This document shows, piece by piece, positions 1 to 11,529 of a DNA stretch of 64,000 bases (positions within the stretch are counted from its first letter, which is position 1; every line of letters begins with the position of its first letter). The notes under the pieces are model-generated. The model was given only the letters and a program-made list of their open reading frames with translations, was not told the DNA's origin and searched no databases. Source of the stretch: Mycoplasma sp. Bg1. Lineage in GTDB: Bacteria; Bacillota_I; Bacilli_A; Mycoplasmatales; Hepatoplasmataceae. The stretch is from positions 120,177 through 184,176 of the forward strand of contig LSMX01000003.1 of assembly GCA_001641205.1 (NCBI GenBank). Reading direction: 5' to 3'. A program made the position numbers and the translations under genes.

Positions 1-141
1 TAAATATTTATTTTTATATTTTCAAAAAATTATTCCTAAATAAATAAAGGGAATAATAAGAAATCAATATAAAGTATAAAATATAAAAAGAATTGTAATT
101 AAAGAAAGGAGGAAAATATTTAAAATTAAATTCTTTTTCAT
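1..141 (-). CDS. small hydrophobic protein, partial (3' end runs off the window start)
   Basis: ATG = rc of 139..141. Reads MKKNLILNIFLLSLITILFIFYTLYW(TGA)FLIIPFIYLG.. and stays open to position 1. No clear RBS and no homology recognised. Confidence 0.2.
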
Positions 142-159
142 AATAATAGATTAAGCATA

Positions 160-187
160 AAAGAAAAAACCTCTAAATAAGAGGTTT
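160..187 (-). terminator. rho-independent terminator downstream of ileS
   Basis: Stem aaacctc/gaggttt (167..173 and 181..187) with a 7-nt loop. On the minus strand it is followed by a T-rich run (rc of 157..166). Confidence 0.5.
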
Positions 188-198
188 AAAAATTAAAA

Positions 199-2802
199 TT
201 ATTTCTTTAGTACTTCTACGCAGTGCTTACAAATGTCATTAACAATTTCTTTTTCATCAAATATTTTCCAACACCTTGCACATTTTATACCTTCAAAAAC
301 AGCCGCAGTTGCTGCAAGTGTTTCTCCTTGTGCGATTTCAAGTTTTGCAACCATTAAATAATCTTTTAAATTTGCTTGTAAATAAAGAAATTCTTTTGGT
401 AAAACAAGGGTTATTGATGCTTGATGAGAACTTTTGAGTAATTTTTTTTCTCGCAAAATTTCAATTTCTTTATTTACTACTTCCTTAATTTGATTAAATT
501 CTATTCAAGAACTTTTATTCCCTTTTTTAAAATCTGGATAAGTAGTTAAAAAAATACTTTCCTGAGGATGAAATTGTTGATAAGCTTCTTCAATAGTAAG
601 CGGAATAAGTGGACCCATTCCATAAAGAAGTAAGTCTAAAATTTTTGTAAGGGTAAATTGAATTGCTCTTCTTTCTTGATCATTTTCTTTAAAAACATAA
701 AGAATATCTTTTGCATAATCAAGTAAATAAGAAATAGACCCACTTGTAAGTTCTTGCATTATTTCTTTTGCTACATTTACATAATTAAAGTTAGCATAAT
801 GTTTTCTAATTTGAAATCAAATTGCATTAATATTATCTAAAATTAATTTTGTAATTGGGGATAACTTAACTTCACTTTCCTTGTAATCAGCAAGATTTCC
901 CAAAATAAATCTAATTGTATTTCTAATTTTACGATAATCATTTGCAGTTTGCTTAATTAAATCTTGGGAAATTTTAACATTATCTTGATAATTAGAATTA
1001 GCAATCATTAATCGCAAAATATCATTTCCATATTCTTTAGTAATTTTTAAAGGATCAATAGTATTTCCAATAGATTTGGACATTTTATTTCCTTTTCCAT
1101 CAGTTACCATTCCATGAGTAATTACTTTTTTATAGGGAGAAATATTTTGAATTATAGTTGAGGTAATAAGCGAAGAATTAAATCATCCCCGATATTGATC
1201 ATTTCCTTCAAGATAAACATCAGCAATTTCTTTTTCTCCAAGGACTGTTTTTCAACTTGAACCAGAATCAAATCAAACATCTAAAATATCAACTTCTTGA
1301 TGCATCTCCTTTTGATATTTTATTTCTACTGGAAGAAGTTTTTTAATGTCTAAATTTTGTCAACCATTAATTCCTTCTTTTTGAAAAAGAAGTTCAATTC
1401 TTTTTTGTAATTTTTGATCAATAATTGGTTTATTATTTTGATCATAAATAATTGGAATTGGAACACCTCAAGAACGTTGGCGAGAAATACATCAATCATC
1501 ACGATTTTTAGTCATTCCTACTAGTCGTTCTTTTCCTCACTCTGGAATTCAACTAACATTAGTTGCATTTTTAATAACAGCCTTTTTTACTTTTTCAATT
1601 GAAACAAATCACTGTTTTGTTGCTCGATAAACAATTGGTTTTTTAGTTCTTCAATCAACTGGAACTGCATGTTTAATTTTAGAAATAGTAATTAAATCAT
1701 TTTTTAAAACTTCAATAATTTCTTTATTTGCTTTTTCATAAAAAAGACCATCAAATTTTCCTGCATTTTGCATGTGCCCTAAATCATCCATTACAACTAT
1801 AAGTGGTAATTTTTCTTTTTTAGCAATTAAATAATCATCAAGTCCATGTCCCCCTGCAATATGAACAATTCCAGTTCCATCATCGATGCTTACATGATGG
1901 CCTCAAACTAATTTTGAAGAGGCTTTATTTAAAGGATTAATTGCAAACTTACCAATAAAATCACTTGGATTAAAGGAAGAAATTACTTTAAGTTTAGTTT
2001 CAAATTTAGCTTCTAAACTTTTAATTAATTCTGTTGCGACAACTAATTTTTCTTTTTTATAACTAACAACTGAATAATTGATATTTTCACCAAAAGCAAG
2101 GGCAACATTTGCTGGAATAGTTCATGGTGTTGTTGTTCAAATAACTAATGATAAATCACTATCTTCTAGTTTAAATTTTAAATAAATTGAATATGCTTCT
2201 TTTGTTGCATATTCAACTTCAGCTTCAGCAAGGGCAGTATTAGAAGATCAAGATCAATAAACTGGTTTTAAATCTTGATAAATTAGACCTTTATTTAACA
2301 TTGCATGAAAAATACTAATTTCATTTGCAATAAATTCATTATCTAAAGTTAAATATTTTTTACTAGGATCAGTTAAGATTCCAAGGGACATAAATTGTTC
2401 TTCTTGGTTTTTAACTTGCTCTAAAACATATTCTTTACAAGCAGCAAGATAAGCTTTTGTATTTGCCTTTTTAAGTTCAGGATTCTTTTTTTGAACCTTT
2501 AACTCAATTGGAAGTCCGTGGGTATCTCAACCAAGTTCTCAATTTACTTTTTTACCCAAAAGAACTTGATCTCGAATAATAAAATCTTTGAGGATTTTAT
2601 TAAGTGCATGGCCAATATGAATATCTCCGTTTGCATAAGGAGGACCATCATGAAGAATGAAAGGAATACCTTTATGACTACTTACTTTTTTATAAAGAGA
2701 AGAAGAAAGTTGCTCTTTAACAAAAGGAGCATCTTTTTTATTTAACTTACCACGCATCTCAAAATCTGTTTGGGGCATTAATAAAGTATCTTTGTAATCC
2801 AT
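199..2802 (-). CDS. ileS: isoleucine--tRNA ligase
   Basis: N-terminus [18 protein letters not shown] with the HIGH motif [17 protein letters not shown] is present in the 817..1110 piece, and CxxC..CxxC (CKHC / CARC) at the C-terminus. All track pieces (199, 505, 817, 2539) share one frame and are joined by TGA codons. Confidence 0.95.
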
Positions 2803-2806
2803 TATT

Positions 2807-3013
2807 TTATTTAAACCTTTCCACTAATTTTAGCATGGTTTCATAATCTAATTCTTCAACCCTTAAAGTTTCTAATGTTTTTTTATAATCCTTTGGAGTA
2901 AAATCATTTAAATAAATATCATTCTTTTTTGCAAATTTATTAATTATAATAGACAAAGCAACTTCGTTTTTTGTCATTTTACTAAGTTGCCTTTTTATTT
3001 TTTTAGAATTCAT
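2807..3013 (-). CDS. hypothetical small protein (68 aa) between sepF and ileS
   Basis: Intact ATG..TAA ORF packed 4-6 nt from both neighbours on the same strand. No motif recognised. Confidence 0.45.
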   Translation of the reverse strand: MNSKKIKRQLSKMTKNEVALSIIINKFAKKNDIYLNDFTPKDYKKTLETLRVEELDYETMLKLVERFK

Positions 3014-3019
3014 TAATGT

Positions 3020-3343
3020 TTATTTTGGCTCAGTTTTATCTGCATATTTTTCTAAAAGTTCTGGTCTTGGTGCAAGTAAATAAGTTTTTGAGGCAAGTTT
3101 TTTATATTTTCCTTTTGTTACCATTAAAATTCCTGTAACTGTATCAATAAATCTTAGGGTGTCTTCTTTAGTCATGTCTTTTAAATCAACAATAACAACA
3201 TTTCCTAAAATTAACTCTTTACTAATTATTTTTACTTCTCTAAATTCAATAGGATTGAAGCGAATTAATTTAGAAGCATCAACATCAATGCAAATACAAT
3301 TGTCGCTGTTTTTTGCACAAAAATTTTTTTTATTTTTTTTCAT
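3020..3343 (-). CDS. sepF: cell division protein SepF-like
   Basis: The core LILGNVVIVDLKDMTKEDTLRFIDTVTGILMV..KTYLLAP resembles SepF/YlmF (DUF552). It lies immediately downstream of ftsZ, as in Firmicutes. Confidence 0.65.
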   Translation of the reverse strand: MKKNKKNFCAKNSDNCICIDVDASKLIRFNPIEFREVKIISKELILGNVVIVDLKDMTKEDTLRFIDTVTGILMVTKGKYKKLASKTYLLAPRPELLEKYADKTEPK

Positions 3344-3347
3344 GATT

Positions 3348-4571
3348 TTAATTATTTTCCTTTTTTTCTTTTAAATTATGATCCATTGCAACTAAATTAA
3401 GTTTTTCTTCTACAGTATCTTCAAGAAGGGAAAGACTAAAAAGGACTTCTTCTGATGTTTGTTCAAAATTTCCAAAAGTTTCATCCCCATAAAGAAAACC
3501 ATCTTTTGGATTTACCTCTTTATATTTTTGAATATCAACTTCATCCGGAGTAAGAATTTCCCGTCCTTTTGCTCCAGAAGCAATAGTTCCTTCTTCACGA
3601 ATATGTTGTAGTCCAGTTGCAATTACAGAAACAACAATTTCATCTCCAAGTTCTTCTGAAATAGTAACTCCAAAAATAATATCTACATTACTTGAAGCAG
3701 CATCCTTAATAGTTTGAACAGCTTCTTCTGCTTGTTGAATTGTTAGTGCTTTTGGTCCCCCAAGAACATTAACAATAGCATTTTTTGCCCCTTTAATAGA
3801 AGATTCAAGAATTGGTGAATTAATTGCTTGAATTGCTGCTTCAACTGCAGCATTTTCTCCTGCAGCTTTTCCAGTTCCAATTAAGGCAAGGCCTTGATTT
3901 GCAATTACAGTTTTAATATCAGCAAAGTCTAAATTAATTAATGAATGTTTATTAATTAATTCTGTAATTGTTCTTACAGCTTGCTTTAAAATGGCATCTG
4001 AATATTGAAAAGAATCAGTTAAGGGGATTTCTCCAAGTTCCGCAAGAAGTCTGTTGTTTGAAACAACAATTACAGAATCAGCAACCTCTTTAATTTTTTG
4101 AAGAGCTTCTTTTGCATTTTCTGCTCTTTTTCTTCCTTCAAAATCAAATGGAGTTGTAACAATTGCAACAACTAGTGCTCCTGCATCTTTTGAAAGTTTT
4201 GCAATTACAGGACCAGCTCCTGATCCTGTACCTCCACCCATTCCAATTGTAATAAAAACTAAATCGGCATCTTCAACAATAGCTTTAATTGCATCTGATG
4301 ATTCAATTGCAGCTTTTTGTCCTACTTCTGGATTAGCTCCTGCTCCAAGACCTTTTGTAAGGGCATTTCCTAATAAAATTTTATTTTGAACCTTTGAATT
4401 TTTTAAAGCTTGGTTATCAGTATTTGCAATATAAAATTCTAATCCAAAAATTTTGGAATCAACCATTTTATTTACTGCATTTGTTCCACCACCACCGACA
4501 CCAATGATTTTGATTCTTGCAGTAGTATCTTTATTTTCTAAATTAACATTGTCGTCAAATTTTTCAAACAT
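3348..4571 (-). CDS. ftsZ: cell division GTPase FtsZ
   Basis: Tubulin signature GMGGGTGSGAGPV and the N-terminal IKIIGVGGGGTNAVN motif. Single 407-aa ORF. Confidence 0.97.
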   Translation of the reverse strand: MFEKFDDNVNLENKDTTARIKIIGVGGGGTNAVNKMVDSKIFGLEFYIANTDNQALKNSKVQNKILLGNALTKGLGAGANPEVGQKAAIESSDAIKAIVEDADLVFITIGMGGGTGSGAGPVIAKLSKDAGALVVAIVTTPFDFEGRKRAENAKEALQKIKEVADSVIVVSNNRLLAELGEIPLTDSFQYSDAILKQAVRTITELINKHSLINLDFADIKTVIANQGLALIGTGKAAGENAAVEAAIQAINSPILESSIKGAKNAIVNVLGGPKALTIQQAEEAVQTIKDAASSNVDIIFGVTISEELGDEIVVSVIATGLQHIREEGTIASGAKGREILTPDEVDIQKYKEVNPKDGFLYGDETFGNFEQTSEEVLFSLSLLEDTVEEKLNLVAMDHNLKEKKENN

Positions 4572-4601
4572 AAATTCACCTTTCTTAAGTTTATTGGTAA
4601 C

Positions 4602-5768
4602 CTAAATATAATTGTACATTCTATTTATTTTTGTTGCTAGGAATAATAATTTGTGTTGTTTCTTCAAAAGATAATTATCACCTTTAAACATTTTTTCTTT
4701 ACCTTGTTTAATTATAATATTTTTATTGATTTGTTCCAATGCTCCAACAACAATTAAAGCATCATGTTGACAAAGACCAATAATTTTTGAACTGTAAATT
4801 GAAACTTGACTTGGAGCTGAAAGGGCAATTTGTGCATAACTTTCAAAGCCAACAAGACGACTAATTTCTCCAGAAAAAATTAAGGCAGGATTAAAGGCTG
4901 CATATCTATTTAAAAATCCTTTAATTTCTGCAAAAAAATCATTTACAATTTCAGTAATATAATTAGAAAGATCTTTTTTTCTAAAAGTATTTTGGTCACC
5001 TGTAGAATCTCTTTTAGTATAAATAATTTTATTATCAACTACTGCTTCAGGAGGAATAAAACCAAAAGACATAAATAAATTTCTTGCAGTTGTAGAACTA
5101 ATTTGCATTTTTCTTGCAATATTTTTATAAATAATATCCATCCCCCCCCTTAATTTAATAATTTCTAAATAAGTTCCATTTTTCATAATTGAAATAAGGG
5201 TATGTTTTGCTTCGATATCAACATCAAAAATAACTTTATCTTTTTGTTTTAAAACAAGAAGTGCATTTTTAATTGTTTCGATACTAGAAATAATTTTTGT
5301 AAATTTAAGATTATTTGCATAAAAAGCATCAATAATTTGTCTATAAAGATTTTTAGAAATAACTTCATAACAAAGAGCAAGTTTAATTCCTTTATTATCT
5401 CTACTTATAAATGTTGTTTTAAAATCAATTAGATGTAATAATTTTCCATTTTGAACTTGAATTTTAGCTTTAATTAAAGAAAGTTCTTTTGTTAAATCAA
5501 TTTGTGGAGAAAAATATAAAATTTCAGTTTTGCTAAAAGTTCCTTTTGTATTAATTATTAGAACAAAATTTTCAATTGTTTCAAAAGCAGTAACTTTTCT
5601 TAATTCAGTTTGCATTTTTCTAATTCAAGTAGAATCAAAAAGAATTTTACCTATTAATGGTTTAAAATAAAAATTGTTTCGATAAAGCAAACTAACCTTA
5701 CCATTATAAGAAGTTAAGGTTACAGCTGCTTTATTATCTTTTATTTCAATCAATAATGTTTTAATCAT
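4602..5768 (-). CDS. ftsA: cell division protein FtsA-like (divergent)
   Basis: Lies between rsmH and ftsZ. The 4602..5615 piece extends through an in-frame TGA to an ATG at 5768 (frame checked). The actin-fold-like segment GGMDIIYKNIARKMQISSTTARNLF resembles FtsA. Confidence 0.7.
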
Positions 5769-6657
5769 GAATCCTTTTAATAGTTCGTAGTTTTGCAGAA
5801 CGAGATGCTTTGTTTTCTAGCAGTTCTTTTGTAGAAGGGTAAACTGTTCTTAGAGTATGATATCTATGCTGATTACCCATTTCTGAAATAATAATATCTT
5901 CTTTATTTTTTCAAAAAATGTTTTTTACAATCTTATCTTCTAAAGAATGAAAGGAAATAACTACACAAATTCCTCCAACTTTTAATAAACTTAATGCATC
6001 AATTAGTGAAGTTTCTAAAACTTCTAATTCTTTATTTACTTCAATTCTAATTGCTTGAAAAATATTTTTTGAAGGGTGTTTCTTTTTACTATAGCCCTTT
6101 ACATCTTTGATAATTTCATTTAATTGAATATTTGTTTTTATTTTTTCTATTGCTCTTTTTTCAACAATTTTTTTTGCAAGTGTTCTTGCCTGTTTTTCAT
6201 CACCAAATTTTCAAAAAATATCTGCAAGCTCTTTTTCAGAATAAGTATTTATTACTTCATAAGCACTAAGAGATTGATTTTGGTCCATTCTCATATCTAA
6301 TGTTGCTTCACCATGATAGGTAAACCCCCGACTTTCTGTTGTTAACTGAAAATATGAAGTTCCTAAATCATAAATAATTCCATCTATTTTAGAAATATTA
6401 TTATTTTCTAATTGTCTTTTTAAATTTTTGAAGTTATCATTAATAAAAATAATATTAGAATAATTTTTTAATTCTTTTTTGGCAAAGGTTAATGCTTCTA
6501 AATCTTGATCAAAAGCAATTAATCTTCCACCTTCTAATTTTTCTGCAATTAATTTTGCATGTCCACCAAGTCCAAGAGTTGCATCAACATAAACTCCTTT
6601 AGGATTAATTTTTAATTTATCAATTGCTTCCTTGCTAAGAACCGAATAATGTTTCAT
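5761..6657 (-). CDS. rsmH: 16S rRNA (cytosine1402-N4)-methyltransferase RsmH
   Basis: N-terminus MKHYSVLSKEAID..VYVDATLGLGGHA (SAM-binding motif). The C-terminus ..NKASRSAKLRTIKRIHD is reached by reading through TGA. The TAA at 5761..5763 was hand-checked. Confidence 0.9.
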
Positions 6658-7085
6658 TATGCTTTTTTATCAAGATTAGTTGCAGCCTCTTCTAAAATTC
6701 CTTTTGCAGTTGTTTCCATAAAAATGTTCCAACTTTCTAATGAATGAATTTCTATTTTATCATTAACCCCAACTAAGACCACATCTTCTTCTAAATGGGC
6801 ACTATTTATTAAGGTTTGAGGAAGATTAATTCTTCCTTGGGTATCAACATTTAATTCAAAAGAATTTCCAAGAATTGCCCGTAAAATAATTCTTGTGTCT
6901 TTATTTAAGGTATTATTTTTTTCTAATAATTCTACTCAAATGTTAAAATCATCGGGATTTCTAATTTCTAATGTACTATCAAAACCAAGAGAAAGAATGA
7001 TTTTTTCTTCAAGTATTTCTCTTCATTTAGCAGGAATCATAATTCTTCCTTTTTGGTCAAGTTTGTTTTTATAATTGCCTATCAT
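6657..7085 (-). CDS. mraZ: transcriptional regulator MraZ
   Basis: MIGNYKNKLDQKGRIMIPAKW(TGA)REIL.. with a second DxxGR box (DTQGRINLP). The stop overlaps the rsmH ATG by 1 nt (TAATG). Confidence 0.85.
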
Positions 7086-7106
7086 AGTATAAATCCTCGA
7101 AGTGAT

Positions 7107-7163
7107 AATTACCACTATTTACCACTTTCACCCATATTATACACTTTTAGAAAAAAAGTACAA
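7107..7163 (-). promoter_or_regulatory. putative dcw promoter (-35 ttgtac, -10 tataat) with AGTGG direct repeats (candidate MraZ operator)
   Basis: On the minus strand, ttgtac = rc of 7158..7163, then a 16-nt spacer, then tataat = rc of 7136..7141. Downstream is gggtgaAAGTGGtaaatAGTGGtaatt, with AGTGG boxes spaced 10 nt apart (rc of 7122..7126 and 7112..7116). Confidence 0.35.
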
Positions 7164-7184
7164 TTTTTCAAATTAAATTGTACT
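7157..7184 (-). terminator. rho-independent terminator downstream of nusB
   Basis: Perfect 10-bp stem agtacaattt/aaattgtact (7157..7166 and 7175..7184). On the minus strand it is followed by T7 (rc of 7150..7156). Confidence 0.5.
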
Positions 7185-7244
7185 TCAATAATTTTTTAAA
7201 ATAAAGGAAAAAAAAGGCTTAAAAGAAAAATAAAAAAAAGTTCA

Positions 7245-7664
7245 TTATTGAACTTCTTTATCAAAATTATCAAGGATTCCATTTATCAAAGCAGGTGTTT
7301 TAAGATCACAATATTTTTTTGCAAATTCAACTGCCTCATTAATAATAATTGGTTTTTTAACTTTAAAAATTAAAATCTCAGCTGCAGCATCAAGCAATAA
7401 CCCTTTTTCAATATTCCCAAATCTTGATCATTTTCAATTCTGTGGTAAATAATTAAGCAGTTTTTTTTCAAGTAAAGATTTATTTTTTAAAATTAAAATG
7501 ATGACTTTAATTTGGTCATCAGAGAAATTAAATTCGGTATGATTATAAATTATTTCTAAAACTTGATCAATATCATATTCTAATAAATAAATTTGATATA
7601 AAAGAATAATTCTTTCTTCCCTGTTATCAAGTCCATCACGCAAAAAAATATTAGTTTTATTCAT
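7245..7664 (-). CDS. nusB: transcription antitermination factor NusB
   Basis: The 7434..7664 piece continues through two TGA codons: ..LPQNW KW SRFGNIEKGLLLDAAAEILIF..IIINEAVEFAKKY..LINGILDNF. This is the typical NusB C-terminal pattern. TAA at 7245..7247 was checked. Confidence 0.75.
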
Positions 7665-7842
7665 CGTCTTTAACTTTGATTACTTTTTTTCCTTTATAAT
7701 ATCCACATTTATTGCAAACAGTATGAGGCTTAATGTGAACTCCACAGTTTTCACACATTACTACAGTTGGTTTTTCTGCGTTTTGATGAGTTCTTCGTTT
7801 AGCTTTTCTTGTTTTTGAGGTTCTTCTAAATGGTACTGGCAT
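7657..7842 (-). CDS. rpmF: 50S ribosomal protein L32
   Basis: MPVPFRRTSKTRKAKRRTH.. plus the Zn ribbon CENCG..CNKCG. Confidence 0.9.
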   Translation of the reverse strand: MPVPFRRTSKTRKAKRRTHQNAEKPTVVMCENCGVHIKPHTVCNKCGYYKGKKVIKVKDDE

Positions 7843-7916
7843 GACATTTTCCTTTCTTTTTTCACTCTATAAAATTAAGTCTTTTTAATTATATATTAAT
7901 TTATTCTTAAATTTTA

Positions 7917-9563
7917 TTACTTTGCAAGGGTATATTTTTTATAAGTTTTTTTTAATAAATTAGTTTGTTGGGGTTTTTTATGGAAGCCATAAAGTCGAAC
8001 ATTCTTATTCATGCTATGAACATAATAAGAAAAAAGAAAAACAACGAATAAATTTGCAAAAAGTGCTCCAATAAGCATCGTATAAAAATAAGCTTTTTCA
8101 TCATTAAATTTGTCTACCATTGATTTTCCAATAAATGTAGCTGTAAACAAAATAATAGTAATTACAATTACATGAATTAAAGTAGCTTTAATATTTCTTG
8201 AAGCTGAATAATACATAATGGGAATTAATGCCATTCCATTCATAAAAACAAAAAGGGTTCCAAAAATATAGGAAAGGCGATAAGTTAAAAAATCAGGATT
8301 TGCTGGATGAACCCCAAAAGCTTCTACTAAAGGATCAGAACAAGCAATAAGAACTATTCCCATCGTTCCCGAAATTAAAACAACACCAATAAATCCCCAC
8401 ATTAAAGTTTGATTAATTTTTTTATAATTTTTTCTACCATAATGATATGCACAAATCATCGCTACTGATTGAGCAATTCCAAGGGCAATTCTATTTTGAA
8501 AAATTAAAGTTCTCGCCATGGCATTAAAAGTTGCGGCCCATTCATCCTCTAAATCTGGAACCAGATCAGAAATTGAAGCAATAAAATTACTAATTGCCCC
8601 ACTAGTTGAAAGGTAAAGATCAGTTGCACTAGTATCAAGTACACTTCCAAGTGAAGTAATATGTGTTGATAAGGAAACCATTACAATCGAAGCACCAATT
8701 CTTCTTATAAAAGAAGTTGCCCCAAAAGCAATTATTACAAGCATTGTAGGTCAAACTGGTTTTCAAAGTCCAATTCTAAAAGAAATATATGTATTATCTC
8801 TGCTTTTTTCATAAAGTACATAACAAATTATAATAATCATTGTTGTTAATGAAGCAATAAAAGTAGCAAAACCAGCACCCCAAATTCCAGTTCCAATAAC
8901 TCCCATCATGATAATATCAAATCCTAAATTTAAAGGAATTGGAAGAATTGGAATTAAAGCTGCAGCAAGACCTTTTCCTTCTGAACGAAGTGTTCTTACT
9001 AAACTATTCATTACAGAAAGGGGAATTGCAGAAAATCCAAGGACAAGCAAAAAATTCCTTCCTGCTCTTGCAGCTTTTTCTTGGTTTGCAATTTTATCTG
9101 GATAATCAGTAGAATCAACTAAAAAAGAATTTGAATTAAGAATAATATTATCAACATATGGTCCAACAATAAAAATAAAAACAACATATAATGAAGTGCC
9201 CACAACAACAGACATTAACATTGCTTGACCAACACCTCGTTCAGCAGAATCATATCTATCTTGTCCTAGTCTTTTTGAATAATAAAGACCAATTCCCACA
9301 ACATAAAACATTGAAAAAGCCATCATAAATTGAGCAAGAGGAAAAACTGCCCCCACAACATCTCCGCCATTATAACCGTGATTTTCCACAGTTACAAATC
9401 TAATAGCAAGTAAGGCATCAATTAATGTATAAAAAGAATTTGCAATCATTAACAAAACAATTGGTAAAGAATTTTTAATTAATACTTTAAGAACTGAACT
9501 TTGGTCAAAGGCATGATCACCCTCTTTTAAGTGCTGTTTTTGATGAACTTTCGTATTATCCAT
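7917..9563 (-). CDS. MATE-family polytopic efflux transporter (putative)
   Basis: Two same-frame pieces (7917..8744 and 8763..9563) are joined across TGA. About 12 hydrophobic segments. The N-terminus ..LIKNSLPIVLLMIANSFYTLIDALLA resembles MATE/MurJ-type transporters. Confidence 0.6.
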
Positions 9564-9573
9564 TATATATATT

Positions 9574-11529
9574 TTAGTGTTTTAATATTTTTTCTAAATT
9601 TATTTCCGCATAGTAAAGTCTTCTTTTTACTTTATCAATTCGAATAAATTTGTGTTCTCTTAATAGACTTGGATGTAATTCTCCAAATAGAGCAACAACT
9701 TCTTGATTTATTTTTAGAGTTGCAGAATTATATTTATTAAATAAAGGGCTATCAAGTTCTGCAAAAATAAATTTTTTAGAACTTAATTCTACTAATTCGA
9801 CAATTCTTAAAACCATCTCCTTTAAGGCAAGAGCTGGATTTTCATATTTTGTATCATCAATAATAATTCCTACTGAATAATTTGGAACTTCATGGTCAAA
9901 AATATTTACAAGTTCAAAAAAAGCAATATCTTGATAATCTTTACGATAATTATATTTATAAACCTCTAAAAGGCCAAACATCAAAGAAGTTTGTAAAGTA
10001 TTATATTCTACTGAATAATCACTTCTTAATTGACTATAGGTTTTTAAATTTCAAAGATTATATTTTGCTGCTTGATCTTTTGTAACGAGTTGATAAGTTT
10101 TTGCTTCATTAACTCCTAAATCAACTAATAATTGAGAAACATTTTGAAAAGCCTCTTTTTTAAGATTCCTTCTAGGGGTTTTTCGAATTATCTTAGGAAC
10201 AAGAGAACTAATTTTATTAATTCCATAAAAACGAACAATTTCTTCAATTAAATCTTGTTTTGTTTCTAAATCAACGCGTTCATAAGGAACAAACCACTCA
10301 TTTTTATTAACTATAATGCGAATTTTAGCTAATTTTAAAAAGACTTCTTGCAAGGGAATTTTTTCTCCAATATATTGACTTATGAAACTTTTTTCCATTG
10401 TAATTACTTTAGATTTTTCTGTTTCTGGAAGTGATTTTTCAAAGGATTTTGAAGAAATTTTGTCAACATATCCACATTCAATTCCATATTTAACAATAGT
10501 TGCAAGTCTTATATTAGCAAATTTAGTTCCTTTTGTGTTTAAAATTCCCATTGGATAATTCACGTTAGGAAGATTAACAACATTTGTTTTTTCATCAGAA
10601 GCAATTGCTACAAGTGTAATTTTATTACTTTTATTGTGCATTAATTCATCAGTAAAAATATTTATATCATTTAAGGTTGAACCATCAAGTTTTATTTCTT
10701 CTAAATAATCAAAAGTATAAGCAACAGTTCCTTTTAAAAGTCTTACATAAATTAAAATATCTTCAAATGTATTTGTTGGTTGAATTTTCGCAGCATAAAG
10801 AGCATTTTTAATAAATTGCTTAGTTTTTCCTTCATTTGTTAATTGAACAAAAAGAGCATTTATTTTAATTGCATTTTTTCCTAAAATAATTTTTGGTTCT
10901 TTATATTCAGTTGGGAGCATTTCTCTTGGAATATAAGGAATAGTTACATTACCAAAATTAATTCCCAAATAAGCAGAAAGTTCTCTTGCAATTTCTCGAT
11001 AAGAACTAGCATATTGACGATCAGGTAAAATACTTATTTCAATAATTTCATCTTTTAAGCCAACAACATCAGCAGGATTTAAAGACATATCTTGATCTTT
11101 TTCAAAAACATAAATGTTATCTGTTTCTTCAGTTTCAACTAAACTTTTATCAATTCCTCCAATTTCTGAAATTGATAAAATCATTCCTGCTGATTCAATT
11201 CCTCGTAAAAGTTTTGGAGCCATAATCATTTCTCCAACTCTAGAACCAGGAATTGCATGAGCAACAATTTGTCCTTTTTTAACATTTGCTCCCCCACAAA
11301 CAACTGTATAAATTTTTCCAGCTGTTTCTACTTCAAGTAAAAATAAAGTATCAGCATTTGGGTGTTTTTTACAAGAAGTAATTTTTCCAAATTTAACTCC
11401 AGAAATATTATCATATTTAGTTACACCCTCAACTTCATAAGCTAAATTAGTTAAGGCCTCAACTAATGAATTAGTTGAAACTACTTCTGTTTCTAAAAAA
11501 GGTGTAAGTTGTTTTTTGCTAATAAACAT
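9574..11529 (-). CDS. pheT: phenylalanine--tRNA ligase beta subunit
   Basis: N-terminal tRNA-binding domain ([32 protein letters not shown]), the B3/4 region and B5. Directly follows pheS, and the pieces share one frame. Confidence 0.9.

Noticed and set aside
2518-2745. Track ORFs lying antisense or out of frame inside well-supported genes. Examples: 2518..2745+, 3159..3374+, 8908..9105+, 9882..10085+, 12080..12385+, 17089..17298-, 17161..17433+, 21055..21258+, 21686..21874+, 27545..27904+, 28575..28799-, 29378..29569+, 29544..29729-, 32820..33062+, 33128..33337+, 33346..33594-, 33843..34100+, 36702..36908+, 39050..39232-, 39085..39387+, 46815..47006+, 49156..49404+, 53025..53240+, 54517..54702-, 57860..58078-, 58363..58554-, 58814..59017-, 59574..59795-.
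   Set aside because: Each overlaps a conserved or long table-4 gene in another frame or strand. They have low-complexity, AT-codon-driven sequence and no motifs. These are typical shadow ORFs of an AT-rich genome.
2803-2806. T-box or other leader riboswitches upstream of ileS, pheS, aspS and hisS.
   Set aside because: These genes start 0-15 nt after the preceding gene, or overlap it, which leaves no room for a leader of about 200 nt.
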